Shown: positions 26,347 to 40,130, numbered from the stretch's first letter. The stretch is DNA of 64,000 nucleotides from Mobula hypostoma (GCF_963921235.1 NC_086113.1:10602001-10666000), one strand, 5' to 3'. The notes: generated by a model from the letters alone, not told the origin. A program made the numbers and translations.

Positions 26347-27866
26347 ATATTAGTTAAATAATGCAAAGGTATATTATAGTCTATTCTAGAAATAGGCGGT
26401 TGACCAACGTTGAATGCAACAAAAAAAAACAGACTACAGTATTACGAAGCCTTGTTACAAATTTTGGGCTTGGATAATGTTCTTTATATTGCAATGTTTT
26501 CGGAACCCAGTATTTACTCTTTAATAAGATGGACTTATTTTTTGTAGCTAGTGATTTATTCGGTTGTGCAGGCCAGAGAAACACGTAAAATCGGAATTTC
26601 GAATATTCTGGAGACTTTCCGCAGCATCGTCGTGTGCTTATCGAAACGAAACAATTCGGGAAAAAAATGATTAATTTGCAATTACCATAGTTGCTCGTAA
26701 AGATAGTTTTTGAGCGCGGAACTTAATTTAAAGTTCGGTCTTTCTGGCAAATGTTTATGGCAAAGGTCCTTATCCCCCGGAAACCTGTTTGTTTTGGCAC
26801 TGCGCAATTGTTTTTGGAGCAGCAATAAGCTAATATGTGACAAATTCTTAAAGCAAAGTTTAACTTCAACCCTTATCTATGGTTCCATTATTTTCAAAAG
26901 CATAAAGGATTCATCGCAAGCTTTCAAACTCTTAGTGTGCATTTAAAACCAAACAGCTGGACGGTGGAAATAAATATGTAAATAAATGTTCTTTTATTGG
27001 ATATTCTCTGATAAGTATTTCCCTCGCCAAACTAAAACCATTGTTTATTTAGTCTGAACCACATTAACTATAACACTGCTACTTACTCATGTGACTTTGT
27101 TGAGATTTTATAGAAATATGGAACAATGTGCCCACGGCCAATGTCAAAGTGGTTTTCAATCCGCATTATTCACGTTTGTTTCGTCCGAAACTTTTTTTCT
27201 CTCTCTGCTACAAGTGTTTTTGTCTTGAACAACATAGTCACAAGAATCTCGCCTGAAATGTGAACGTCGGTTGAATCTTAGACTGCTTTAGATAATATTT
27301 CTCGAAATCCAGCTAAATAGATGCCTGATTCATATAATTGTTCTGGGAGGGCGCGGGTTTTGTAGATGGTGTTGAACGTGACCATGCCCTGTTTCTCTTC
27401 AACCAGAAGTACTATAACAATTTTAAGAAAGATGCTTGGCAGATTCGCGCGGAATCAATTCTTATGAGAAAAAATAACCTAGAGTCGATTTGGATACACT
27501 TATGAAATTACAAACGAGCACACATCTTTTTCGAACTTGTCGCCAATAACTTAGCTTACCCACGTCTTTGTGGAGGTCTACGACTGAGTGTGTGCTCCAA
27601 TGCCTAATTTTTGTGAAGGGGAGGGTGTAGGTGGGGAGTGAGGATATTTGGATTTGAAAAAAGAAGAGATATTGGAAGATAAATCATTATTTATTCATTT
27701 TAATTTATGTTCTTATAACATTTTCTGGAATATTCTTACAGAGTTTTGGTTATTATCCATAAATTCGCAAATGGTCGGTTGGAATAAATATGTTGCATAT
27801 CTTCTTTAATTAAAGTGACAAGAGAAAAGATAAGGGGATTTCTCCAATGACATGTCGAATGGTCGC

Positions 27867-28095
27867 NNNNNNNNNNNNNNNNNNNNNNNNNNNNNNNNNN
27901 NNNNNNNNNNNNNNNNNNNNNNNNNNNNNNNNNNNNNNNNNNNNNNNNNNNNNNNNNNNNNNNNNNNNNNNNNNNNNNNNNNNNNNNNNNNNNNNNNNNN
28001 NNNNNNNNNNNNNNNNNNNNNNNNNNNNNNNNNNNNNNNNNNNNNNNNNNNNNNNNNNNNNNNNNNNNNNNNNNNNNNNNNNNNNNNNNNNNNNN
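27867..28095. other. Assembly gap (N run)
   Basis: Run of n. Confidence 1.
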
Positions 28096-28324
28096 AAAAA
28101 TTAATCAGCGCTTGATATATATTTTAGCCGCGGTAATGGTTATAAGTTTTTTTTCCACGTCTATTCTTGGTTCAAGTCAGCTAGTTGGAGAGACATGAAG
28201 TAAACGTGCCAAACGCGACTCTGGTGTGAAGCCTGAACACCTTCACAGCATTATTCGAGCCTTCCTTTTCCCCTCTTAGAAATGTGCAGAGCTCAGTTGT
28301 AAAGAGCTTTGCGCTCCTGGTGCA

Positions 28325-28537
28325 AGGGGGAATCCAAAGTGATGCATGTCAATTTCTCCAGGCATCTGGTCACATGACTGACTTGTTCCTGCGATGTATG
28401 GAGATACATTTCCACGTCAGCTTACGTTTCCAAATTTTTACTCCGCGGATCAGCTTCAAACAGGCAGCAGCATCTAAGGACCATGTTTAGCTGTGCGAAT
28501 GCGAGCTGTTCTTGCGCTAGGGGACCCCAAGAAAGCG
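28325..28537 (+). promoter_or_regulatory. HoxA11 conserved promoter and 5' leader
   Basis: E-box ggtcacatgac, then atttccacgtcagcttacgtttccaaattt...cggatcagcttcaaa, closely matching the recalled tetrapod HOXA11 upstream sequence. Confidence 0.75.
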
Positions 28538-29147
28538 ATGATGGATTTTGATGAGCGGGTTTCTTGTGGCTCTAATCTTTATTTGCCTAGCTGTACCTAT
28601 TATGTCTCGGGTCCGGATTTCTCCAGCCTGCCTTCTTTTCTGCCCCAAACACCGGCTTCTCGTCCCATGACATACTCTTACTCGTCTAATATCCCCCAGG
28701 TTCAACCTGTGCGAGAAGTTACCTTCAGAGACTATGCCATCGATCCCTCCAATAAGTGGCATCACAGAAGCAATCTCCCCCATTGCTATTCCGCAGAGGA
28801 GCTGATGCACAGGGAGTGTCTTCCTACCAGCACCATGGGCGAGATGCTAATGAAAAATAGCGCCAGCGTTTACCACCCCAGTTCCAACGCGTCTTCCAGC
28901 TTCTACAACCCGGTGGGTAGGAACGGTGTGCTGCCGCAAGGATTTGATCAGTTCTTCGAGACCGCCTACGGTTCTGGTGAGAATCAGCAGTCGGAGTATT
29001 GCGGGGAGAAGAGCCCAGGTAAAGTGCCGTCTGCAGCAACTTCAAGTTCGGAGACTTCCAGGGTGTCGGTAGAGAAGGAGACGAGTCCCGGGAGCAGCAG
29101 CCCGGAATCTTCTTCCGGCAACAACGAGGAAAAAAGCAGCAACTCTA
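28538..29147 (+). CDS. hoxa11: Homeobox protein Hox-A11, exon 1
   Basis: [39 protein letters not shown]...[20 protein letters not shown]. Phase-1 donor TCTA|gtaggt. Confidence 0.96.
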
Positions 29148-30322
29148 GTAGGTAGAATCAGTGCCCACTTATGAGGGAAAGTTTTGCGATCTCGCGCGCT
29201 GCTGTTAAAAATTTTATGTGCTGTTTTATAAGCATATAAGGGGGTTTATGGATGGCCTGTAGATTCCCCAACAAAACTTTTTTTATATAAATGACAGGAT
29301 CACGTGCTCCGCTCTGAAATTGGCCGTGAAATAACACCAGCCAATCCCTGCATTAACATACCTCAAGTAGCACCTCAAAAAAGTGAATTTTGGATTAAAA
29401 ATCTGATCGCTTAAATTATCAGGTGGACATTTATTTAAAAAGGTAGACTTTTGGCCGCTGTGATCAATGCGTGTATGAATACAGCTCACGGATTCTATAA
29501 AACACGTGTTGACACAAAAACTATTTATAGGTTGTATTCAGTTCCATAAGTAACCGCTTTAAAACATAACAGGGATAAAATGACATTTTTAACAGCAACA
29601 TAAATACTGCAATACCTTTAGCACGGAGCTTTCCATCATAAAAAAGGACTTATTTCAGGTCGGAGTGGCTATATTTTATTTAATAATCACATTTTATAGC
29701 TGGACGTGAGATAAGCACAGCCTTAGCGTTACAGTATTACTTCTGGAGGTTACTTTTGTTGACTTCTTCAGTACGGAATATCTACACAATGACGTCCCCA
29801 CCCCAAAGGAAACCAATTCCAGTTTCCCAGTATCTTTATAATGTTAGGTTGGTAATCATCTACTCCAAATCCTTTTAAAATGTAATCCCTTTGATAAAAT
29901 AAAACGTCTTGCCTTTCGCTTAATTTTGTCTTTGATACTCTCATCCTCGAGCATTTCACTTTTCAAATGTGGTTATCTTCCAAAGAGGGTGGCTAGCCCT
30001 TTGGATACATAAAGCCCCTTTGTGATTTCAAGTATCTTTGGAAAGGGAGTATTACCGCTTCAACTTAAGAAGTTCTACGACCGTTCTGAGCATCGAGGCG
30101 GCCATCTTTTGTCCTAAGGTTCATTCAATACGTTAAAAGCGCTTCTATGCTTTAGCTAACTTTTCTGTATCGCGAGCATTGGTGGAGAATTTCGCTGTGT
30201 ACAATGTAGGAACTGCATAAAACTTTTTTTCCTGTTCGCTGAAAAGTATAATCCTCACATAAAGCACTGTCTACTCTTATTTACGGCTATCAACGTTTTA
30301 ACCCACTGTTTACCTGTTGCAG

Positions 30323-30555
30323 GTGGTCAGCGTACACGTAAAAAAAGATGCCCCTATACCAAGTACCAGATCAGGGAGCTGGAGAGAGAATTCTTTTTCA
30401 GTGTCTACATTAACAAGGAGAAGCGCCTACAACTTTCCCGGATGCTCAACTTAACCGACCGGCAAGTTAAAATTTGGTTTCAGAACAGGAGGATGAAGGA
30501 AAAGAAATTAAACAGAGACCGCCTTCAATATTACACTACGAATCCATTGCTCTGA
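30323..30555 (+). CDS. hoxa11: Homeobox protein Hox-A11, exon 2 (homeodomain); spliced protein ~280 aa
   Basis: Not in the ORF track; translated by hand after the acceptor tgttgcag: [76 protein letters not shown]. Confidence 0.98.
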
Positions 30556-30769
30556 GATTAGACTGAGTTTACAAAGAGGCATTCCATCTTCCTAACTTCT
30601 ACGATGAAATCGGCCAGGCCAGAACGCAGAGGTAAAAAAAACACTCAAGTTCGAGTTTGTGAGCAGACACTTTAATTCAGCTCTGACGGGCCAGACGACT
30701 TTCCAAAGCTAATTAGGACGTCTAGTTTCAACTCTAAAAAGTAACTGGAATTTATGCTCATCGTTGACT

Positions 30770-30775
<6 letters not shown>

Positions 30776-30813
<38 letters not shown>
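30776..30813. repeat. (CA)n microsatellite in the HoxA11 3'UTR
   Basis: Directly visible. Confidence 0.95.
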
Positions 30814-30815
<2 letters not shown>

Positions 30816-33800
30816 CTAAACTCATATCCGTCGTCTATATGATTCATACAGAGAGTGTCTCTAGAGATTAACTTTGAGATGTCAAGGTGAACGTTTGAAC
30901 ATAGTTAAGCAGAACTGGTTTTGTAATTGAAGAAAGAAAGCAGCTTCCATACATGAACGGACACGTGTACTGAAGCCCTAGGAGAAAGAACTGACTCTTG
31001 TGGACCTGCTGCAATATAAGAATATTTTTAAAAATAAGGTGATAAGATGCGCATGCTTTAGATTAGGAGCATATCAGTGGCTCTCAATGCCAGCCACAAC
31101 AATTGGATATATATTTGTTATCTACGGTTACCAAAAGTAGCAAGCAGTCTCGTTCTTTTGCATCTCAGCCTTCGGGAGGACAGAACTTAGCGCAGCAGCA
31201 ATTCTGCAAATAATGCCAGTTTATCGCTGCTTAGCGTACTGAAAACTTGTCTATAGGAAAGGCAGACGGTAACTTCGGATCTCTACGATAGAATCACCTT
31301 TATTTCCATAAATAACGATCAGTACTCCCCATCCCCCACCCCCATAATTACCCAAAATGAGAACATGCATGCAAGTATCCAATTTGAAATTCATAGCAAA
31401 AGGAAAGACCGTTTCTAATGAGTGTGGAATTTATATTAGTCATTAAAATAAGCAAGTGTGGTTAAATTCAGTTTTACATGTATAAATCTGTATATTTTAG
31501 CTGTTGGCCTCGATATATTAACACCTTACCATTTAATACATAGCTTGGGATAATAAGATATTTGAAAACCGGCTATTTTATGCTCGCTGAAGCAATTTGT
31601 GTGTGTTTATTTGTACTTGATACATCGTGCTTCGTAATTTTCAAATGCAGTTTTTACTTTCAAAGGGAAAAGATGCTACCCGCGAAGGCATACTTGAGCA
31701 CAAAGTATTGTAAATATGTCGCTCTTTTGGTACAGATGAATGTGTATAGGAATTGGGTTTAAAGGTTGCTGCTCACGCATCTATTCTTGTCACGGATTCC
31801 TCCAAAGGATGACCAGTCTGCAGTATTTACAGTATTGAAGCCATCTTTATCCGTGTGAACCAAAGACAGAAAAGTATTTTCATTGAGTGTTTAATTGCAC
31901 AATGGTAACATTTCCTGTACATTCAACATATAAGCTTTTTATAGATCGATATACTTATAGGCCGTATTGTCCAAAAATCGCCCACACGTAACCAGACAAC
32001 ACATGCCAGCCCTGAAAATCCCTTCGGTTTATTTTATCAATTTAATTTAAACGTTTCGATGTGGCTTTTGCTATTAACATCATCAAAACAGCTTATTTTC
32101 TCGTTCATTCTGGTAAAATGACAGATGACAACGGTCGATTGCTTGCCGTTATGTTCTTTTTTGGTAATTCTATTTTTTTTTATTTTGCAAAACACTGAAA
32201 TATAACAAAAGGCTGGAATATGCATCACAGAGGTGGTGTTTTCTACATTAAGAAATTTGATTTTGAAAATAAACAACAATTCCTTCAAGAGCAAAGTCCT
32301 CATCAAAAGCTGTTTAATTAAATGTGATGTCGACGTTTGCTAACATTTGTATATAATTTATATTTATCAATTTGACTAAAATGGGGTAAATTTGCATGTC
32401 CACGTTCAGAGAGCGCACAATTGGATTTAATGTAGAAAAATTAATTAAGGTACTTTTTCTTACGGCGGACTTTGTTAGGTATTCAAGACAGAACTAAAAC
32501 ACCTGCGAAGTATTGTATTATTGTTCGTTTCATGTACGTAATAAACAACCATTAAAGCTGGATAACATTCCACATCTGTCTACATACATTGGTACGTTTC
32601 TTTAGTTTGTATTCTGGAAAATAAGACATTCAGATCAAATTTCGGACAATGATAATTTCAAATATTCAAGTCATATTAAAAGCCTTATGTTCGCATTAAC
32701 AAAATTAGACGAAAAATCAAAAAAATTGCGTTAATTTAAACTTTATTCCATACACACGAAAAAAAACCTGAAACTGTCATGAGGGAAATTTTGTGGGTCT
32801 TTGCTCTCGGTTTGGCAAATATTGGACTGCGTTTGTTAAGGTTCATAGGGTGTATGTTAGAAGAAATTGTAATGCATTATAGTTGTGTTACAATATCTTT
32901 AATGCTGATTTTTTTTTCGCTTTCCTGCTTGTTTCCTGGCTTTGAACTTCTGTTACGTCGTGGACGTCACCTCTAACCTTGGGGGGGAAAGGGATAATCA
33001 GCTCTGAATCTTCCACTCTCTGCTCAGACTCCCGCCGGCGGTGACGGGAGGCCGAAACAAATTATAAGCGACTGATCAACAGTATTGGCAGAGATACTAT
33101 CGAGACATGTTCTCACATCATGAAAGTTTAATGTTGCGTGTGAGGCTGCTTTAATAATGAATGATACTAACAGTGATTAAAGATATGAGTTAGTTTTTAT
33201 ATCTAGAGAAGAGGGAGTTGAGACAAGTATGGTAGCCTATGAAGGGGCCGTGGCATTAAAGGCAAATGACAAGGGATCGCCTCTGTTGCTTGGTTACTAA
33301 CAGCGGGATAAGTCGTAAAGTCTTTTTTAATTGCAGCTCTCTGCTTCTTAATATTGGGGCAATAGATATGAAATTCCAAATGCGGGGAATATAAACAAAA
33401 TCTTCGAGTTTAATTGTTCTCCCTCTCTAGATATCGTTTTGCGTTCGCTCGGTGTTTCTGCACAACTACACGAGAGAGCTATGACCATGAATTCTTCCAG
33501 CTGGACACACACAGTCCACATGGTGGCGCCATTTAGATCAATGTCAAAGCCGCTTTGGCGACCGCAAAAAAAATATAAGGAAAAATACTTTGTCGATGTT
33601 CCAAAGTACAAGTTTAATGGGAGGTATGTGAATCTTCTGAAGCCAAATTGAAAACCGCACCTCTCTATTTGACAAATTAAATCTAATCCAAATTGAATAT
33701 CCAATAAAGCTCAGAAATAACAACTTTTTTTTGCTAACAGAAGAAGGGTGATCGGGTTCATGCAGATACAACATGGATTCTTCAACCTAGAAATGTTATC

Positions 33801-35387
33801 ACACAATAATCACCGAGGAATTCAACAGCTTAGGATACAATTAATGTGAAATTTGAATTCGGGTGGAATGAATTGTTTTAAATTGTTCTTATTTCGTTAA
33901 AAATGTCTAGGAAAGGGAATGTATTTCAAATACGACAGATTTTAATTGCCTACTAAACTAGATTAGAAAATACAATAAACTTGCTTCTTAAAGAAATCAC
34001 GAGAATGTTATACAATAAAAACATACACAATGTATATTGTCGAATTTACTAGTTAGGAAGGAAATGTTTTTTTCTGCAACAGTTTCGTGTATTTTGTTTT
34101 TCCTTCTGTTTTTGCACGATATTGCATGATTTTTATTGTCAACTTAATGCTAACATTGGACATCAAGCGATGTAAAATTTAATTTGCTTATTTCCTCCAA
34201 CAACCAGGGTGTAATATTCTGAGAAATATTTTCGCGAAACGACTATATGTATTATTCAAAACTGTCTCTGGGTGTAAATGTGCTCAACCGCTGAACTTTG
34301 CATTTAAGGTTCAGAGCATTTCCGACCCTTTTCTGTTTTCCGATTTTGTCCAGTTCCCATTTATTATTTTATTTAAAACATGAAAGAATAAGTATATATT
34401 TCTTCTTCAAAAGTATAACAATAATATTAGCGCAGTTTCATGTTTTCCTAAATATTATCGAATGTTAAAACGTCAACCGAATCGTGTAACTGGGCTAGGT
34501 TTCCTCGTTTGCCCGCATTATCATATATATAAAAAAGCGATATAGGGTCTTTTCAAATATTTGTGCATTTTTAAACTATGGGAAAACATTATGAAGCATT
34601 GGTTGCATATTTTTCCAAAGTATATTCGATTATTTATTTCTCGCTCTGCTTAGTTTTAACGGTTAACGTAGAAATTAGATCAATCTACTTCTGCGGACTA
34701 TTTCTCTTATTTGTTGATATCCATCGACCATATTGTGTTTTTAACATGGACGACTAATCTACAACTGGATGCAAAGAAATGCGAAAGTTGCTAAAATTTA
34801 ACGTCAATTCGGAGCATATTAAGTGCACGATTTTGTACATTTTGAAGTAAATTTTATGTGAAGTTCATACTTGCTGACCGTCTTCTGCGGGGAATCTAAG
34901 ATTAATTTTGTCTTGTACAGTGTTACGTTCCGTAGCGATGCCCTGTGTTAACTAGTCTGGCTAAACAATGTATAAGCATGATATGTCTAACAAATATTAT
35001 TGCGTTAAATTGTGTTGGATGCGGGTACTGTAGTTCAGTTGATTGCTTGCTTGCCTGTATATATGTAACTTTATGCGACTGTGCTAAGCTAGTAAAGGGT
35101 TTCGTTAAAACGTCAATATTAATTAATTATTGCCTATGGAATCTTTCCGTTAAATTGCAAAAAATTACCTACTTCCTATAATTGAACAATACTTCCAATC
35201 TATCTTGTGTCATTTATTGTATTCCTTTGTTTCAGACAATGTAACAAAAATTGCAACTTCCAGCTATTATCTTCATATCTTTTAATAATGTGTTGTGAAG
35301 AATGTCATGAAATGCATTCCTATCAGGACTCAATACAATTTCAATATTTAAAGCATGCTATTTGGAAGCTGAGGCAATCTGAAGCCA

Positions 35388-35421
35388 CAGCGCCCTCTAG
35401 GTCTAGGACTAGCACTTGCAC
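35388..35421 (-). promoter_or_regulatory. Putative CTCF site between HoxA11 and HoxA10
   Basis: The minus strand reads TGCAAGTGC-tagtc-ctaGACCTAGAGGGCGCTG, a strong core with an upstream module. Confidence 0.7.
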
Positions 35422-37312
35422 GCAGCACAATATTCATTCATTCTGTTTGGTTGCCGGATAAAGTGTGTTCCGGTGTTTCGGTGCTGAATATATTTAATAA
35501 CCGGAACCGGTAACAAAGCAACGAAAAATAGATCTCAGTTTTGAAGAGGAATTTAAATTTTCGTGCTTGCTGCATTGATATGTGCAAAATGTCATTAGTA
35601 GTTTGTTTGTTAAAGGCCATATCATCAAAGGAAACAATTTCAACAACTGTTCTTTCCTCTTGTCAGGGAGATCAGGTTTTCCGCTCTAGAAGCCAGTGCG
35701 TCTAGATTTTTAAGTTATTGATATTCCAGTCTTTCAAGTGTAAGAAGACATTAACTCTTTGATTAAATATCTCAATTAATTGATAGATATCTAACTGAGT
35801 GAACATCGAAAATAAGCGGTGGAAAGAATAGGCATTTAGTGCGCGAGATTGCCAAAAATGTGAAATATTGAAGGATGAATTTAAAAAGTAGGATGGCTAA
35901 CGAAGAAATTCATCTTCCTAACTTTCCGGAAAATAAAACAGTTTAGACAATCTGAAGTTGATATAATCGATTTAAGAATCAGTTTATCATTTTCTATTTC
36001 TAACAAAACACTTTTCAAAAATAATTTATTGTGTATATTTGGCTGCGTGCTTGAACTATTACTATATATTTTACGTGTCACTATTTACAAATTGCTTTGC
36101 ATCAAAACTTCCGTTGTTGCCCCGGTGAGTTCCTCAAAGCAGGACGTCAATGTGCTGTAACGCATTTTGCTAAAGCAGAGTCTACTGCAGAAAACTGGTA
36201 AATATGATAGAACTGCTTACAGTCTGTTTTTTATTTGAATAGATGGGGGCGGGGGTTCAATAATGAAAGTTAACTATTTGTTCTGGGACGTACAAGCTGT
36301 ACGTTAAACAGATCTGGCATGTGCACGCTTCATAGTTGAATTTTGCCTTAATATGAACATAATGCTGGATTATGGAATGGCTTAAAATTGAACATTAATA
36401 CCCACAAATCCTTCATTGTTTAGAGGTATCAAGTTATTGAATGAAACGTTCTGGATAGAGTAGATTACTGATGCAAAGAATTTGTTGTAATTATACATTT
36501 TCCGCCAACTCTATTTTCAACGTGGGGCATAACATGGATCTTTTTAGTTTGCGACTCGACCCCTGCTGTGTCACCTTCACCGTGGCCGGTGCAACTAAAT
36601 TGCCGCTTTTTTTTGGTTATAAAGCCAGTGAGCTACTCTGTCAGCGTGTGTAAAAAAACTTCTCAATCATTTAAAGAATATGGTTAAGAAAATGAAAATC
36701 CATAGCTCAGATTATTCCAAATTCTATACTTAACAAAAAGGTAATTTCAAATAAATGAAATCTACCTATCTGTTTCAACAACATCTAGTCAAAATCTCGT
36801 TAACTTTAAAACCAAGTCGAATAATATGAGTTTGCGCAAGTCTGTATTTATTTGCATGTATTTGGCAATGCGTGGCTTCCACATCATTTGAGCAATTTTA
36901 CCTGCAATATCTTAAGGGAAACTAACATTAGAATTATTTAAGATCCCGTTTTATATATTAAAAAAAGATATATCGATACACGATTCGGCACAGAAAACTA
37001 TATATTCTATTCAGTTTATATAGTAGATTTTTATAAATCTCCCCACCCTTTTTTCGTCTGAACACCTTTTCAATTGTTAGAATGCTGATTTCATTGAACG
37101 CGTCTAAATTGAAGTGCCATAATACAAGCGCTGATTTCACCAGTTATAAACCTTTACCTTGTGGAATATTGTTCATTGTTCACGTTCAAAGTCGATTAAT
37201 TCATTTGAAATTGTATAATCCAATCGCCTTTTCTTAGTCTTTTTTAAAAGGGGATACTGTTGCTACCTAACAGTATAATAGCTGAGATGGAAGTAGAACA
37301 AATGAATCAGGT

Positions 37313-37419
37313 CTCCTACGTTACAACAGGGACTACACATCAAAAAGTACTTCATTGGCTGTAAAGCGCTTTGGGACGTCCCGAGGTTGTGAAAGGCGCT
37401 GTTTAAATGCAAGTCTTTT
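37313..37419 (+). mobile_element. 3' tail fragment of a Deu-domain SINE (SacSINE1/AmnSINE1-like)
   Basis: cctacgttacaacagggactacacatcaaaaagtacttcattggctgtaaagcgctttgggacgtcccgaggttgtgaaaggcgctgtttaaatgcaagtcttt matches the recalled DeuSINE 3' consensus closely. Confidence 0.75.
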
Positions 37420-40069
37420 GTCCCTGTTTTAAATTGTTTGAGGCATGTTCTTGGAATTCTATTTAAGCAGGCAATTGAAAAATAACGTTATTAATTTTTC
37501 TTCATTCCAAGCCATAAAACAGCCATACGTCCATTTCTGTTATTACTCTATATTTCATTTCATTGTGTTGTTCAGTACAGAGGGATTCTTATTGTTTTCT
37601 GGCTTGATCTCAGTTTATTCTGCATTCAACTCTGAATGTAAACGATGTCTTTAGATTAACGGCTTGGACTCACTATTTAAATAATTTTAAAACACATGCA
37701 ACAAATTGTCCCTAAAAAATATTGCTCACCTCTAATAGTGTTGTGGCGACAACTAACCAGATTAGTTAGAATTATAGATTTAGATAGAAATAATATTTAG
37801 TGAATTTGGTATTGTTTTCTTTCATTTCTTGTCTGCGATCTTTGGCGTTAGTTTGTATTTTAATTGTAAACCGTATATAAAGTTCTTACTTCAGAACTTT
37901 CTAAACTTATAGAACAGTGTTTCTGTTTCAGAGCTTTATTCTCTGAGCAACAAATATAAAGAAAAAGAGCGCTTTATTTCCACGGGTTCTCAGTCGCCAG
38001 CTTGATCCATACACCTTAATATGTATATTGGATACATTTTATCCGAAAAGGGATCTGATAGGCAACTGTATTGGGATCTCGGGATGATTGCCTGCAAAAC
38101 TATTGAATACAAAAGCAGTTAAGGGCAGACATTGTTTTTAGATTTATCGTTGAGACACAAAAAAAATGGTGTGTCTTCGACTTCTCCAGCTATCTTAGCA
38201 CATCACAAGGAACTGATATTACGTTAAGTCAGAGCCCACAGATTGTAAATATTTGCTCCAGTTCCGTGTCCGAAAAGGTTTCAATGCGCACATACAGTAC
38301 AATGGCCGATACACTTCAAGGGTGAGGAGTTCTGCTTTGAAGTTCAGAGAAGTTTTGGTAGATTTTGTTATTGAGAAAAAAAAACATAAAATTTTTATAA
38401 GCAGTCTCACTCAGTGCTGAAAGAGGTGAATGCGTGAGTTTTCACCTTGTATCTTTATCCGGAAAAGAGAGAAAGGCATTCAGTCTGGCCTTCAGTCTTA
38501 AGTTCACGATCTAGGGTAATAACGAGTCGGAGCCATAAGTGAGACAGCCAGCACAGTTCAGACATTGAAATCGCTTATTTACTGAAGAACCGCGATTCGC
38601 CCCTCTGCTATCTAGGTTCGCCCCTTTATCACTGACTGGAGAAGGCATTATTTACCTCAGTTGTTGCTGCGTTTTAAGACGGATGTTTTTTTTATTTACG
38701 CGCTGACGGAAAAATGTAGAAATCTTGCAATGCCCACGATCGAAATAGCATGGCGTAAAGAAAATTTTCTTCGTTATTCATTTTTTTAATGTCAGATAGA
38801 ACGCACTGATCGCCACACAAAGTGCCGTCTAACTTGTTCAGAATTATGCACTTTCTAGAGCTATTTCTTTAGTATTTTTTTCTGTCTCTGCCCCTGAACT
38901 GCACGATAAAGGCGTCTCATCTCCCCTGCGTCCTCGGCAGTGCTAACCACGTTTCCTAACTTTTACCAATGTCGTAATTAACAGTCACGTACACCTTAGT
39001 AGCAAGAAAAAGAAACTTCTTCCTGCAAATCCTTGCTGCTTCAATTACTTCCTGGTGTGGGTTTTTTAAAATGTGCACACGAGACTCACGGCCCTCGCTC
39101 CATCCCTCTCCATAAAGTTGAGAAAGGCTTGCAGTGTCTAAGAAACTGAAGAAACCAATCCACTGTCCCCATTACAGATTTACTAGGAAATTGGGTTATA
39201 GACGTTTAAACCTTTCCAAAAACATACCAATAAAATTATCCAAATATGGTATCAATTTATTAAGCAATGAAACATTTACCAAGAGAACCAGATAAATATC
39301 GGGTCTCCAGCACATAAATGCCCTGCTTGTTAGCATTGGTGTACAGTAGTCCGAACCCTTATATATGAGACTCTGGCAGAGATGATAATTGTTATTTTTC
39401 CCCCATTAAATCTTTGTCTGCTCCCGTGATCACACGTGTCATGGGCACAGTGGGACTGCAAAGGGAATATTTTCATTTTTTTCTATACAGAACATTCGGA
39501 TTTTTATAGGTTTTCTGGACTGCCGTGATAATTCTAAGCAGTCGTTATTGCTTAGGAAACAAGCGAGAATAAGGAATCCTCCGAGACGGCTCCTCGACGC
39601 GTGTAAAGCCGGCCTTTATATCACGCTGACCTTAACTGAAACGATATTTTAAATAACCTTCCCTTAGATTAACAATACTTTCTGAGTTTTAACCCAGCGC
39701 CAGAAGTTAAGATAGCTATAATTGGAATAATAGTGCAGAGATGGGGGGGGGGGGGGTCTGGGTGGTGGAGTGGTGGCGGTGTTAGTGGAAGTGGGGGACT
39801 GGGTGGGGGTGGGGCGGCCAGGGTGCACATTTTGATTGCGGCTTTAAGATGGCTCGTAGCAAAACACAGTCATGCTTGGGGCTGAATATTACATCCCAAG
39901 CTAACGACTACATTTTCGGCATCATTGCTAGCTACGTTTTATTAGAGGTGGCCGAGCAAGATGCAGTCAATGCGACTGACGCCCAGAACTGTCTCCTACC
40001 CAGATCCACAACCACACGTATAGCCACAAATACACCCGGTTAAGTTCTTACCTTGTCTAGGACCATGTG

Positions 40070-40073
<4 letters not shown>

Positions 40074-40130
<57 letters not shown>
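40074..40130. repeat. (CT)n(GT)n compound microsatellite
   Basis: Directly visible. Confidence 0.95.

Noticed and set aside
27847-28115. ORFs spanning N runs (also 56804-57073)
   Set aside because: Artefacts of assembly gaps.
16882-28300. Possible HoxA12 remnant between A13 and A11
   Set aside because: No homeobox-like residues were recognisable by eye. A12 loss is ancient, and the 229-N gap is too small to hide a gene if sized correctly.
28517-29045. Antisense or alternate-frame ORFs over Hox exons (also 15745-16116, 41839-42169, 53057-53305, 62318-62644)
   Set aside because: Shadow ORFs of GC-richer coding sequence with no independent evidence.
38595-38625. CTCF-like cgcccctctgcta (also 33275 and 30098)
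   Set aside because: Each has an indel or several mismatches against the core spacing.
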